From positions 288,001-352,000 of the forward strand of contig CAVSLC010000013.1 in the NCBI GenBank assembly GCA_963728565.1: 64,000 nt of DNA. The letters are read 5' to 3'. The translations under genes were made by a program, and so were the position numbers. The notes beneath the pieces are model-generated. The model saw only the letters and a program-made list of their open reading frames with translations, made no database searches and was not told where the DNA came from. How positions within the stretch are numbered: the first letter of the stretch is position 1; every line of letters starts with the position of its first letter. Below, one piece after another: positions 39,535 to 49,879 of this stretch. The DNA is from an uncultured delta proteobacterium (GTDB lineage Bacteria; Desulfobacterota; Binatia; UBA9968).

Positions 39535-40725
39535 CTATTTTTGGATCACGTACCGGTTGCCTTTGGTCATCATGACAATGGCGGTTTGTACCGCGTCGTA
39601 GCCGGCGGGCTTGCCGTCGCGGCCGCTAACCTGGCGGAATTTAAACGGCCCGGTGGCGCCGGTCCAGTGCGTTGCCGGAAGAGCGTCGCGCACTGCTTTG
39701 CGATCCGCCTCCAGCTTACCGGTTAATTTGATCTTCTTTAAAGCTTGCGCCGCAATGTACATCGCATCGTAGGCCTGGGCGGCAAACTGGTCGGGCGTCT
39801 CCCGATAAGCTTTTTGGTACGCTGCTATAAATTGCCTGTTTTCTGGGGTCGGACTCTCCACCGACCAGGGGCTGCCAACCCACAAATTGTCAGAGCTGTT
39901 TTTAGCAAGCTCAAATATTCTCGGAGAGTTCATCCCATTGCCGCCGATGAAGGGCAGGTCAATGCCCAATTGCCGCGCCTGTACCATGATCGGGGCGCCT
40001 TCGGCGACCAAAGCCGAAAGCACAACCGCGTCAGGATTGCTGGCTTTGATATTGGTCAATTGCGGCTTAAAACCGACATCACCTTTTGCGAAAGTCTCCG
40101 TTGCGGTAACCGGGATCTTCAAGTCCTGCAGAGCTTTCTTGAAGTTATCATAACCGCTCTTGGTAAAGATATCGTCATTACCGTAGAGCACCGCGACTCT
40201 TTTTAAGCCGGTCTTTTGCGCAGCGCTTCGAAGCGTAACTGGCAAAATATCCCGCTCGGTAACCGAATTACGAAACACATAATCGCCAATCGAAGTGATC
40301 CCGTCAGCGGTATTCGAAGTCCCGAAAACGACCGTCTTAGCCGCTTGCGCAACCGGGTCCGATGCCTGCGCTGAATTGGACAGCGTCGGCCCAAACAACA
40401 TCAGCACCTTGTCCTGAAAGATAAGCTTTCTGAAACTATTGATAGCCTCTTCCTTTTTACCCTGCTCATCTTCAATGACCAATTCCAGTCGGGTTTCGCC
40501 GGCGCCGCCGCTGCCATTGATTTCTCGAACTGCCAACTCAAAGCCTTTCCGGATCGGCACACCATATTGCGCAGCGTTGCCGGTCAAGGCGGCGGCAACC
40601 CCTATTTTGATCTGCGCTGCCGCCAGCGACAAGGGCAGAGCAAAAAGGCCGCTGCAATCGCCGTAAGTACACTGTGTTTTATTTCCACGGAGGCCACCTA
40701 TCGCAGAATATTTGAACCCCATCAA
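39535..40725 (-). CDS. livK: Branched-chain amino acid ABC substrate-binding protein
   Basis: IKIG..LTG..A.YG, EINGSGG, YVFRNS, AAQAYDA; true start may be GTG 40688 (MEIKHSVLTAIAAAFLL) with a frameshift in the signal peptide. Confidence 0.88.
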   Translation of the reverse strand: MMGFKYSAIGGLRGNKTQCTYGDCSGLFALPLSLAAAQIKIGVAAALTGNAAQYGVPIRKGFELAVREINGSGGAGETRLELVIEDEQGKKEEAINSFRKLIFQDKVLMLFGPTLSNSAQASDPVAQAAKTVVFGTSNTADGITSIGDYVFRNSVTERDILPVTLRSAAQKTGLKRVAVLYGNDDIFTKSGYDNFKKALQDLKIPVTATETFAKGDVGFKPQLTNIKASNPDAVVLSALVAEGAPIMVQARQLGIDLPFIGGNGMNSPRIFELAKNSSDNLWVGSPWSVESPTPENRQFIAAYQKAYRETPDQFAAQAYDAMYIAAQALKKIKLTGKLEADRKAVRDALPATHWTGATGPFKFRQVSGRDGKPAGYDAVQTAIVMMTKGNRYVIQK

Positions 40726-40969
40726 TGCCGACCTACACCAATCGTTTGATTAAAAGATACAGGCCGGCGGCCAGCGCACCGACGATCCTGCCATAGATTT
40801 ACAAGGTTGGGTCAGATCATATCGCCGAATGTGAGTCTAACGATTTCGTTGATGATTTCCTGGTAGTAGACCAGCCAGGGCAATCGGCTGGAGCAACAAT
40901 CGGTGTGCAAGTTCATCAGCAGAACACAAGAGGACGCCGATCGGCCACTCGCAATTGTCCGCAGATCAG

Positions 40970-41554
40970 CTATCGCCCTGGTCGCTTTTGCGCGTCCTGG
41001 ACATGCCAGAGGTAAAGGGTGTGATCCCAGTTCGAAGAATCTTTCATATTCTCCGTTTTGAGCGGTTTCCAGTCGCCCATATCGAAGTCGTGAGAGACAA
41101 TCCGGGAACCAGGTTTCATTTGCTTCCAAATGTTTGGCCGGATCAGGAGATTAACCTCGGGCAATAGATACATCGTCAGCACCGACGCTGGTGCTAGGTC
41201 GACAGTTCTGATGTCTTGCTGGCGAATTTCCACCAAATGTCCAACCCCGGCCTTCTTGATATTCTCTGTGGACTCCTTGATTCGTTCCGGATCGATCTCG
41301 AAACCGATCGCTCTGACACCGTACTTCTTTGCGGCGGTGACGACGATTCTCCCATCGCCGGATCCGAGATCATACACCACATCGCCCTTTTTAATCTGGG
41401 CCAAGTCGAGCATCCGATCGACCACCTCCTGCGGCGTCGGAACGTAGGGAACGATTTTCCCTTCCTGTGATTGAGCTACACCCAGGTTGAAGACCGCTGC
41501 CGCGATTAACAGAAGCGCGAGAGCTAGGGAATTGATCCGAATAGTTTTGTTCAT
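40970..41554 (-). CDS. Class I SAM-dependent methyltransferase with N-terminal signal/TM segment (FAM173-like)
   Basis: VPYVPTP, YDLGSGDGRIV, GFEID, MYLLP, PGSRIVSHDF; GGAGAGG RBS. Confidence 0.9.
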   Translation of the reverse strand: MNKTIRINSLALALLLIAAAVFNLGVAQSQEGKIVPYVPTPQEVVDRMLDLAQIKKGDVVYDLGSGDGRIVVTAAKKYGVRAIGFEIDPERIKESTENIKKAGVGHLVEIRQQDIRTVDLAPASVLTMYLLPEVNLLIRPNIWKQMKPGSRIVSHDFDMGDWKPLKTENMKDSSNWDHTLYLWHVQDAQKRPGR

Positions 41555-41627
41555 TGCTGCCTCTCCAGGATGTTTGCTCGATATATTTCCAATAACTAGA
41601 AGACAGTCAGCGAAGCGCCAATAACGG

Positions 41628-41933
41628 TCAACCATTCTTCTGCCAAAATCTGCCGAGCCAGCTATCATTTTCCTTCCCCGCGACCTGTTCTATTTCACCG
41701 GGGTCCAGCCAGATGCCACTACATCCGGTGCATTGGTCGATCTCAATCTTTTGAAAGCTCCTGGTCTTTAGCGGTTGGCCGCATTTGGGGCATGTCATGT
41801 GCGCAACGGTCTTGCCGGCCGCTTTATTCTCAGCCTCCTGTTTTGCCTTGAGTTTGGCGAGAAGCTCCCGCTCTTTTTTTACAAAATACTCGTCTTCTTG
41901 CGCCTTCTTCCGTTCGTCCCATTTATCAGCCAT
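41628..41933 (-). CDS. zf-TFIIB-type Zn-ribbon protein with charged N-terminal helix
   Basis: CPKCG..IDQCTGCSGIWLDPGE; AGGAGG RBS. Confidence 0.88.
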   Translation of the reverse strand: MADKWDERKKAQEDEYFVKKERELLAKLKAKQEAENKAAGKTVAHMTCPKCGQPLKTRSFQKIEIDQCTGCSGIWLDPGEIEQVAGKENDSWLGRFWQKNG

Positions 41934-42078
41934 GTCGTCCTCCTACTTGATCTCATAACTGCTTCAAAAGATTGCGAGGTAAAAACTTCTTGACCTGCCC
42001 AGCCGGATGCACGGTGGCAGAAGCTATGCGGGGCCGAAGGCTATCCCAAATACATGGAGCTTGGACGATCGATAATGA

Positions 42079-42693
42079 TTAACCGGCAAACTTGTTCATG
42101 TATGGAAGCTTCGTTGCGGTTTTCTTTACCTCGCTCAGGTTAGCTCGAAGCATTGCTGTGGAATCCCAGGATCCGCTGGTCAGTGCGCTGCGGTAGGTAT
42201 CCGGTAAATCAACCCCGATTCTGTCCCCGCCAAAGGAGATAGTCTTTGCTTGGATATTCAAGCTAAACGTAGTTCTTGGATCGCTCTCGACCGCTCGCAT
42301 CAATTTTTCGATATCCCCGGAACTAACAGTTACCGTCGGCACCCCCATTATCGTGCAGTTCCCGGCGAAAATCGCCGCAAAGGATTCGCCGACGATGGCA
42401 TTGATCCCCCATCGATACAGGGCCTGTGGCGCATGTTCGCGCGATGAGCCGCAACCAAAGTTTTTATTAACGAAAAGCAACGATGCCCCTTTGTATTTGG
42501 GATCATTGAGCGGGTGAGGCTTCGAATTGCCTGACGCATCGAAGCGTTCGTCGAAGAATGGATATTCACCCATGCGGGCAAAGGTAACTTCTTTCAGATA
42601 ACGCGCCGGAATGATTCGATCGGTATCGATATCGTTGCCGCGGATCGGCACCGCCCTGCCTTCTACGTTGGTGATTTTCACGATTTCGCTCAT
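42079..42693 (-). CDS. leuD: 3-isopropylmalate dehydratase small subunit
   Basis: DIDTDRIIPA, NFGCGSSREHAP. Confidence 0.97.
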   Translation of the reverse strand: MSEIVKITNVEGRAVPIRGNDIDTDRIIPARYLKEVTFARMGEYPFFDERFDASGNSKPHPLNDPKYKGASLLFVNKNFGCGSSREHAPQALYRWGINAIVGESFAAIFAGNCTIMGVPTVTVSSGDIEKLMRAVESDPRTTFSLNIQAKTISFGGDRIGVDLPDTYRSALTSGSWDSTAMLRANLSEVKKTATKLPYMNKFAG

Positions 42694-42702
42694 GGTCCCC
42701 TC

Positions 42703-44100
42703 TTATTGATAATCCCGCACGTCGACGACCTTACCGCTTAGCGCGGCAGCTGCGACCATGGCTGGGCTCATCAGTAGAGTTCTTCCCTGGGGGCTACCTT
42801 GACGGCCGATGAAATTACGATTCGACGAAGACGCCGAGACTTCTTTGCCATGGAGCTTATCGGGATTCATCGCCAAGCACATGGAACATCCAGCCTCGCG
42901 CCACTCAAACCCCGCCTCGGTAAATATCTCGTGCAGCCCTTCCTTCTCGGCGAGTTTCTTGACCTCGGCCGAACCGGGAACTACCAGCGCCCGGATTCCG
43001 GATCGAACCTTTTTTCCCTTGGCAATTTTAGCCGCTGCCCGCAGATCCGCGAGCCGGCCATTAGTGCACGAACCGATGAACGCCACGTCAATCGGCGTGC
43101 CTAGAATCGGCGCGCCCGGTTGCCATCCCATATGCTCGTATGCTTTGGTCGCGCCAGCAGGATCGGAGTATTCATCGGGTTTCGGAAGCTTCTCGGTGAT
43201 GCCGACCGCTTGTCCGGGATTGATTCCCCACGTGACGGTCGGTTCGATATCTTTTCCCACAAAGCTGACGACATCGTCGTATTTGGCCTGCGCATCGGAC
43301 GCGATCGACTTCCAATAGGCAACTGCGCGATCGAAGGCAGCGCCAGCCGGCACATAGGGCCTGCCTTTGAGATACTCAAATGTGGTTGTGTCCGGGTTGA
43401 CGTAACCGACCAACGCGCCGCCTTCGATACTCATATTGCAGACGGTCATGCGCTCTTCCATGTTCATGGAGTCAATAACAGAACCGCCATACTCGTACGC
43501 AAAGCCTTTACCGCCGGCGACGCCGAGCCGCCGGATGATATTTAGGATTACATCTTTGGCGTAAACACCGGTACCGAGCGCGCCATCGATATTGATGCGC
43601 CGCACCTTGAGCTTTTCCATCGCCAAGGTCTGTGTTGCCAAGACGTCGCGCACCTGGCTGGTGCCGATGCCAAATGCCAGAGTGCCGAACGCTCCGTGGG
43701 TGCTGGTGTGGCTGTCGCCGCACGCCAAAGTCATTCCCGGTTGAGTCAAGCCGAGCTGCGGTCCGATGACATGGACAATTCCTTGATTGGCGCTATCCAA
43801 TCCGAAGAATTCCACACCGAACTGCTTGACGTTCTTTTCAAGGGCTTGTGTCAGTTCTTCAGCTTCACGATCAAGAAAGGGTCGGCTACGAACATCGGTC
43901 GGAACAATATGATCCACCGTCGCGAAAGTTCGCTCTGGAAACGCCACGTCCATGCCCTTTTCCCGTAACATATCGAACGCAGGTGCCGTGGTAATCTCGT
44001 GGATCAAATGAAGCCCAATGAAAAGCTGGGTCTGGCCAGTGGGAAGAACCCCAACGGAATGGGAATCCCAAATCTTCTCGTACAGCGTTCTACCGCTCAT
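42703..44100 (-). CDS. leuC: 3-isopropylmalate dehydratase large subunit
   Basis: [39 protein letters not shown]. Confidence 0.97.
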   Translation of the reverse strand: MSGRTLYEKIWDSHSVGVLPTGQTQLFIGLHLIHEITTAPAFDMLREKGMDVAFPERTFATVDHIVPTDVRSRPFLDREAEELTQALEKNVKQFGVEFFGLDSANQGIVHVIGPQLGLTQPGMTLACGDSHTSTHGAFGTLAFGIGTSQVRDVLATQTLAMEKLKVRRINIDGALGTGVYAKDVILNIIRRLGVAGGKGFAYEYGGSVIDSMNMEERMTVCNMSIEGGALVGYVNPDTTTFEYLKGRPYVPAGAAFDRAVAYWKSIASDAQAKYDDVVSFVGKDIEPTVTWGINPGQAVGITEKLPKPDEYSDPAGATKAYEHMGWQPGAPILGTPIDVAFIGSCTNGRLADLRAAAKIAKGKKVRSGIRALVVPGSAEVKKLAEKEGLHEIFTEAGFEWREAGCSMCLAMNPDKLHGKEVSASSSNRNFIGRQGSPQGRTLLMSPAMVAAAALSGKVVDVRDYQ

Positions 44101-44113
44101 TCGTAAATCTCCT

Positions 44114-44149
44114 TCGCAGGATATTATCTGCCGATATCTGCGAGTTCAA
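44114..44149 (-). promoter_or_regulatory. leuC promoter with overlapping inverted repeat
   Basis: TTGAAC-17-TAATAT; TCGCAGATAT-N9-ATATCCTGCGA spans spacer, -10 and start site. Confidence 0.6.
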
Positions 44150-44246
44150 GAGGATTAACTCAGTGAAAAGATACGCACTTCTTGGGCTTACGGCTCAGCG
44201 ATAACCCGGGCGCTAAAGCGGCTGCGGACAAACGCGACAAACGGAC

Positions 44247-45167
44247 CTAAAGGCAATTTTTCTGTACCCACTCGACAATTTCATTGCGTTTGGCGAACCA
44301 AACGTCGGCGTGGGACTTAGCGTATTGAATCGCTTCGTCGTAGACCTTGCCAGTCGCGGGAAATGCCATCTGACAGTGCATCGCCAGGGTTAACATCTTG
44401 GGATCGCCGTCGGACTCTTCATAAAGGATGTCGAATTCATCCTTGAAGGAATTAAAGACATCACGGGCAGTGATGCCTCGCCGATACATGCCGGTATCGT
44501 TGAGTCCGCTAATCGCGTTCTTGTAGGGCACCACGATCAACGTTTTACCGTTAATGTCTACCGGATAAGGATTGTCGTCATTGACGGCATCCCCATGCCA
44601 GAGAAAACCTTCGTCGGCAAGAATGCCCAGGGTCCGCTCCGTGTGGCGCATGCCGGAAGTCAGCCAACCAGTGGGTTTTTGGCCGACAAAGTCCTGAAAC
44701 AACTTGGCGCAGGTCCGAATTTCCTCGCGCTCCTCTTCCTCTGTAAGGTGGATCAATTGAACATCCTCGGCATACGAGTGACCGACAATCTCATGTCCTC
44801 GGGCGTGGACCGCCTTTACCGCCTCGGGATATCTGTAGATGCAGAGCGCATTTGTGTTGAACGATGCTTTCACGCCGTGTTTATCCAAGATGCGCAGGAT
44901 GCGCCAGACTCCGGTCCGGCCGCCGTAATCGTTTTCACTGGCGGTGCGACAATCATACTGCGACTTGACATCTTCTTCCTTGATCGGATTCGACCCGCCG
45001 ACATGCCGCGTCCGCCGGTATTTCGAACTTGGCGTTTCGGTCCAGGCTTCCAAATTACCGGCCAACGCAATCGCCATCCGCGCATTGTTGGGCCATTTAA
45101 TTTTGATCTTCTTGGCCTTTGAGTAAACGTCATAGAAGTTGTCGTGTGCCGGCATCATGATTGTCAT
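44247..45167 (-). CDS. Polysaccharide deacetylase (CE4, PuuE-like) family protein
   Basis: WPNNAR.A, DYGGRTGVWRIL, HEIVGHSY, PTGW, LAMH. Confidence 0.88.
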   Translation of the reverse strand: MTIMMPAHDNFYDVYSKAKKIKIKWPNNARMAIALAGNLEAWTETPSSKYRRTRHVGGSNPIKEEDVKSQYDCRTASENDYGGRTGVWRILRILDKHGVKASFNTNALCIYRYPEAVKAVHARGHEIVGHSYAEDVQLIHLTEEEEREEIRTCAKLFQDFVGQKPTGWLTSGMRHTERTLGILADEGFLWHGDAVNDDNPYPVDINGKTLIVVPYKNAISGLNDTGMYRRGITARDVFNSFKDEFDILYEESDGDPKMLTLAMHCQMAFPATGKVYDEAIQYAKSHADVWFAKRNEIVEWVQKNCL

Positions 45168-45202
45168 CCTCCCTCATCGTCGCGGGACTTGCTCATTCGG
45201 CT

Positions 45203-45232
45203 AACGTATATAGAAGTGAGCGACAGTGTCAA
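45203..45232 (-). promoter_or_regulatory. sigma70-like promoter
   Basis: TTGACA-18-TACGTT upstream of deacetylase. Confidence 0.5.
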
Positions 45233-45324
45233 CGAAAGCGGCGATCCGCAAATGCACTAAATCGTGGCGCGCAATGGCGTTGGACCTCCATGGCGACTCA
45301 AGAGCCAAGGATTCGGTGCTGCTT

Positions 45325-46056
45325 CTAGTATTTGACTTCCATCAGGAACAAACCCTGCGCCGGAGCTTTCATGCCGGCCTGAGTACGGTCACGCGCATCG
45401 AGAAGTGCGGCAAAGGATTGGGCTGAGCGCTGCTGTCGGCCGACTTCCACTAACGTGCCAACGAGATTGCGCACCATGTGACGAAGAAAAGCTGTTGCCT
45501 CTATGGTAAAAACAATCAAGTCGCCGCTTCGGTTTACGGAACTTGCGTAGATCGTCCTTACAGGATGGGCGGCATCGCACCCAGCGCCACGGAAGGAAGA
45601 AAAATCGTGCTCTCCATTGAGGCAAGTGATCGCCTGGCGCATGGCAGCTGTTTCGAGAGGCTCGTGCACATGCCAAGCGTATCTCAGATGAAACGGTGAA
45701 GGGGTCGATCGATTCAATATCCGGTATTCATAGATGCGGCTGCGCCCCTGGCGCCGGGCATCGAAGGAATCCGGCACGATTTCAACAGTCTTGATCGTGA
45801 CGTCTTCGGGCGTTAGCGCATTGAGAGCGCGTTGCACGCGGTAGGGTTGGAGTTCCTTATCGGATATGAAGTTGGCTACTTGTCCAAGGGCATGAACACC
45901 CGCGTCGGTTCGGCCCGAACCAGTGATACGCGTGGGCCGTCCCAGTAAGGTGGAAACGGCTTTTTCCAGCACGCCTTGAACTGTTTTGCCGGTCGCCTGA
46001 ATTTGCCAGCCGCAATAATCGGTGCCGTCGTACTCGACGGTAAGCTTGACGTTCAC
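45325..46056 (-). CDS. truA: tRNA pseudouridine(38-40) synthase
   Basis: YDGT.Y.GWQ, GRTDAGVHA, FLRHMVR; start approximate. Confidence 0.96.
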   Translation of the reverse strand: MNVKLTVEYDGTDYCGWQIQATGKTVQGVLEKAVSTLLGRPTRITGSGRTDAGVHALGQVANFISDKELQPYRVQRALNALTPEDVTIKTVEIVPDSFDARRQGRSRIYEYRILNRSTPSPFHLRYAWHVHEPLETAAMRQAITCLNGEHDFSSFRGAGCDAAHPVRTIYASSVNRSGDLIVFTIEATAFLRHMVRNLVGTLVEVGRQQRSAQSFAALLDARDRTQAGMKAPAQGLFLMEVKY

Positions 46057-46100
46057 TGAAAGCACGAAGGAAAGCGTGACTGGCGGATCATTGCCAATGA

Positions 46101-47123
46101 TCAGAGATAGTCGCGAATCAGAATTTCGGCGATCTGAACCGCATTTAGTGCTGCGCCTTTGCGCAGGTTGTCGGCCACTACCCAAAGATTGATGCCGTTT
46201 TGAACCGACGGATCTTCGCGTATGCGACCTACGTAGGTGGCATCTTTGCCCGTGGCATCGAGGGCCAGCGGATAGAGATTATTCTCCGGCGCATCAGCGA
46301 CGATAATCCCGGGCGCTAGACCGAGCAGCGATCTCACTTCCGCAGCGGTGAGCTTTTTCTCGGTTTCCACGTTCACCGACTCCGAGTGGCTAAAAAAAAC
46401 CGGGACGCGCACGGTAGTGGCCGTTATAGCCAGCGATGGCTCTCCCAGGATCTTCCGTGTCTCATGAATCATCTTCCATTCTTCTTTGGTGTATCCATCC
46501 TCCATGAAGACATCGATATGGGGTATGCAATTAAACGCAATCTGGTGCGGGAATTTTTTCTTCTCCACTTCCTTGCTGTTATACAGAGCCGCAACCTGCT
46601 GGCTTAATTCCTCCATCGCTTGCCTGCCTGCGCCCGACACCGATTGATAGGTGGAAACCACCACGCGCTTAATTCGCGCGGCATCGTGAATCGGTTTAAG
46701 AGCAACCACCATTTGGATAGTGGAGCAGTTAGGATTAGCGATAATCCGGCGCTTCTTGTAATCACTGATAGCGCTCGCATTTACCTCCGGGACCACCAAC
46801 GGGATGTCCGGCGCCATGCGAAAGTGGGCGGTATTGTCAACCACGACAGCGCCGGCAGAAACCGCCAGAGGAGCGTATTTTGCGCTGACAGTCCCCCCGG
46901 CAGAAAACAACGCAATGTCGGTACTTTCAAATGAGTTCTCGTTCAACACACCGACCCGGTGCTGACGACCGTCAAACTCAAGAAACTGGCCGGCGGACCG
47001 TTCAGACGCGAGCAAGCGCATTTCGCCCACCGGAAATTTCCGTTCTTCCAACACCTCACGCATCTGTTCACCAACGGCTCCCGTGGCGCCAACGATTGCG
47101 ACATTGTACCTTGCTTTTTTCAC
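46101..47123 (-). CDS. asd: Aspartate-semialdehyde dehydrogenase
   Basis: GATGAVG, NPNCST, QSVSGAG, DNLRKGAALN. Confidence 0.97.
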   Translation of the reverse strand: MKKARYNVAIVGATGAVGEQMREVLEERKFPVGEMRLLASERSAGQFLEFDGRQHRVGVLNENSFESTDIALFSAGGTVSAKYAPLAVSAGAVVVDNTAHFRMAPDIPLVVPEVNASAISDYKKRRIIANPNCSTIQMVVALKPIHDAARIKRVVVSTYQSVSGAGRQAMEELSQQVAALYNSKEVEKKKFPHQIAFNCIPHIDVFMEDGYTKEEWKMIHETRKILGEPSLAITATTVRVPVFFSHSESVNVETEKKLTAAEVRSLLGLAPGIIVADAPENNLYPLALDATGKDATYVGRIREDPSVQNGINLWVVADNLRKGAALNAVQIAEILIRDYL

Positions 47124-47129
47124 CTTCGC

Positions 47130-48221
47130 TTAGCCCTTCACCGCGCCGATCCTGTCCCGAACCCGCTGGCCCATCTCTTTGCACCCGACAAGCCGGCAGT
47201 CTTTCTGCTGAATATCCAGGGTTCGGTATCCTTCATTCAAGACATCCTCCACGGCTTTTTCTATGCGATCCGCTGCCGCGCTCTGCTCAAGAGAATGACG
47301 CAGCATCATTGCCACACTGAGAATGGTTGCAAGAGGATTAGCCTTATCTTGGCCGGTAATATCGGGGGCGCTGCCATGAACCGGCTCGTACATGCCGACT
47401 TTCCCGCCAACGCTGGCTGAAGGCAGCATGCCAATGGACCCTGTCAGCATGGCGGCTTCATCGCTCAGTATGTCTCCGAACATGTTCGTAGTCACGACCA
47501 CGTCAAATTGCCTGGGATTGCGGATCAATTGCATGGCGCAGTTGTCGACCAGCATATGCTCCAATTGAATGGCCGCATAGCCCTCGTCCGCATGCACTCG
47601 GGTAACCACTTTGCGCCATAATTCGCTAGCCTCTAACACGTTGGCCTTGTCGACCGAAGTAACTTTTTTGCGTCGCTTCAAGGCGGCCTGAAACGCCACG
47701 TGAGCGATACGCTCGATTTCAGGAGTGGTGTAGACCTCGGTATTGACTCCACGCTCGGTTCCGTCGGGTAGTTTCGTCACACCTTTGGGGTGCCCGAAGT
47801 AGATTCCCCCGGTCAATTCGCGAACGACGAGAAGGTCAGTTCCTTCGACCACCTCTTGCTTCAACGTCGATGCCGCGGCCAGAGCAGAAAATAATTTCAC
47901 CGGCCGAAGATTGGCAAACAATCCAAGTTCCCGCCGCAGGGCAAGTAGCGCGCGCTCCGGGCGAATCGAATAATCGAGTCCGTCCCATTTAGGTCCGCCC
48001 ATGGCGCCGAGAAGCACGGCGTTGCTTTGCTTGCATAAATTTAAGACGCCGTCCGTCAGAGGTTGGCCGTGAGCATCGATCGACGCGCCGCCAACTATTC
48101 CTTCCTGCAAGTCGACGCCGAAACCATAAAGCTGCGCGACTTGTTGAAGCACCTCGGTGCCCTGTTGCATCACCTCAGGTCCGATGCCATCGCCCGGCAA
48201 AACTGTGATCTTGTAATTCAT
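47130..48221 (-). CDS. leuB: 3-isopropylmalate dehydrogenase
   Basis: GDGIGPE, RELTGGIYFG, NMFGDILSD, HGSAPDI. Confidence 0.97.
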   Translation of the reverse strand: MNYKITVLPGDGIGPEVMQQGTEVLQQVAQLYGFGVDLQEGIVGGASIDAHGQPLTDGVLNLCKQSNAVLLGAMGGPKWDGLDYSIRPERALLALRRELGLFANLRPVKLFSALAAASTLKQEVVEGTDLLVVRELTGGIYFGHPKGVTKLPDGTERGVNTEVYTTPEIERIAHVAFQAALKRRKKVTSVDKANVLEASELWRKVVTRVHADEGYAAIQLEHMLVDNCAMQLIRNPRQFDVVVTTNMFGDILSDEAAMLTGSIGMLPSASVGGKVGMYEPVHGSAPDITGQDKANPLATILSVAMMLRHSLEQSAAADRIEKAVEDVLNEGYRTLDIQQKDCRLVGCKEMGQRVRDRIGAVKG

Positions 48222-49783
48222 GGGCCCTCTCTCTCAACCAGTTGTCGATATTGTTTTCGTCCCTGAAGCTTGTTCAGCGCATTGATATAAGCCGCTGCGC
48301 TGGCCATGATGATGTCGGTATGAGAGCCCTGTCCCGATACTCGCATGCCGCCGTCTTGAATTTGACAGGAGACCTCGCCCTGAGCATCGGCTCCGCCGGT
48401 AATAGCGTTCACCGTATACCGAACAAGTTGCGCCTCAGAGCCGGTTATTCTGGCGATGACTTTATAGCACGCATCGACGGCGCCGTCTCCGGAAGCGTGA
48501 TCCATCCGCTCCTGGCCGTCGACCCGCATTTTTACGGTGGCCGAGGGAATCCCGTCGGAACTGGAATTGACGCTCAGATACAACAGCTCATAACAGTCCG
48601 GTTGTCCCGGAACCCTGAGAATCTCTTCGGCAACAATCGCCTCAATGTCTTCGTCATAGACGTTTTTTTTCTTGTCTGCCAGTTCTTTGAAACGGAGGAA
48701 GGCGCGGTTCATGTCTTCCTTGCTGAGATTGAAACCGAGATGCTTTAACCGCTCATCGAAAGCGTGTCGGCCGGAATGTTTGCCCATGACCAGGCGATTT
48801 CCGCTGATACCCACGGATTCGGGGGTCATGATTTCGTAGGTTTGCTTGTGCTTGAGTACCCCATCCTGATGAATACCGGCCTCGTGCGCAAAAGCGTTTT
48901 CACCGACAATCGGTTTGTTGATCGGAATCGGAATTCCGGTGACCTGTGATACCAGGCGTGATGTCGGATAAAGCTGCTCGGTGATTATATTGGTATCGAG
49001 ATCGAGATAGTTCTTTCTCGTGCGCAGCGCCATCACGACCTCTTCCAGAGAGGTATTGCCGGCCCGTTCGCCGATGCCGTTAATCGTGCATTCGATCTGT
49101 CTGGCGCCATTGTGCACGGCCGCCAACGAGTTCGCCACGGCGAGTCCGAGATCGTTGTGACAGTGCGCGCTCCAAATCACCCGGTCTGCCCCAGCGGTTC
49201 GTTCAATCAAGTTGCTCATGAGCGCGCCAAATTCCGAAGGAATTGCGTATCCGGTGGTATCCGGAACGTTGATGGTGTTGGCTCCGGCGCGAATTACTTC
49301 TTTGAACACCTGGATCATGAACTCCAATGCGCTGCGCGATGCGTCTTCCGCCGAGAATTCTATATAATCGATATGTTTCTTCGCATACCTAACTGCTTTG
49401 ACAGCGGCTTCCAAAACCTGCTCTCGCGACATCCGAAGCTTGTGCTCCAGATGAATGTCCGAAGTCGCAATAAATATATGAATGCCGGGGTTGGCCGCAT
49501 GCTCGACGGCTTTAAGCGCGCGCTCGATATCTCCTTCTTGAGAACGCGCTAGGCTGAGCACGCGCGGTCGTTTCACCTCTTTACAGACTCGCCTTACGGA
49601 TTCGAAATCGCCGTCTGATGAGGCGGCAAACCCCGCCTCGATTACATCGACGCCGAGCTTTTCCAACTGGCGCGCAATGACCACCTTCTGTTCAACGGTC
49701 ATGCTGGCGCCGGGCGACTGCTCGCCGTCTCGCAATGTGGTGTCGAAAATTCTGACGTGACTACTGTGCATGCTGTCTGACAT
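48218..49783 (-). CDS. leuA: 2-isopropylmalate synthase
   Basis: [31 protein letters not shown]; AGGAGG RBS. Confidence 0.97.
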   Translation of the reverse strand: MSDSMHSSHVRIFDTTLRDGEQSPGASMTVEQKVVIARQLEKLGVDVIEAGFAASSDGDFESVRRVCKEVKRPRVLSLARSQEGDIERALKAVEHAANPGIHIFIATSDIHLEHKLRMSREQVLEAAVKAVRYAKKHIDYIEFSAEDASRSALEFMIQVFKEVIRAGANTINVPDTTGYAIPSEFGALMSNLIERTAGADRVIWSAHCHNDLGLAVANSLAAVHNGARQIECTINGIGERAGNTSLEEVVMALRTRKNYLDLDTNIITEQLYPTSRLVSQVTGIPIPINKPIVGENAFAHEAGIHQDGVLKHKQTYEIMTPESVGISGNRLVMGKHSGRHAFDERLKHLGFNLSKEDMNRAFLRFKELADKKKNVYDEDIEAIVAEEILRVPGQPDCYELLYLSVNSSSDGIPSATVKMRVDGQERMDHASGDGAVDACYKVIARITGSEAQLVRYTVNAITGGADAQGEVSCQIQDGGMRVSGQGSHTDIIMASAAAYINALNKLQGRKQYRQLVEREGP

Positions 49784-49817
49784 GGCTCCTCCTGAGTTTG
49801 CGGCCAACACTGTCCAG

Positions 49818-49851
49818 AAACAAAAACTCCCGCGGCAATGCCAACGGGAGT
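49818..49851 (-). terminator. Intrinsic terminator between pssA and leuA
   Basis: ACTCCCG-TTGGCATTGCCG-CGGGAGT-TTTTGTTT. Confidence 0.7.
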
Positions 49852-49879
49852 ATCCTTTGCGTGTCAAAAGAGAGGGCGC

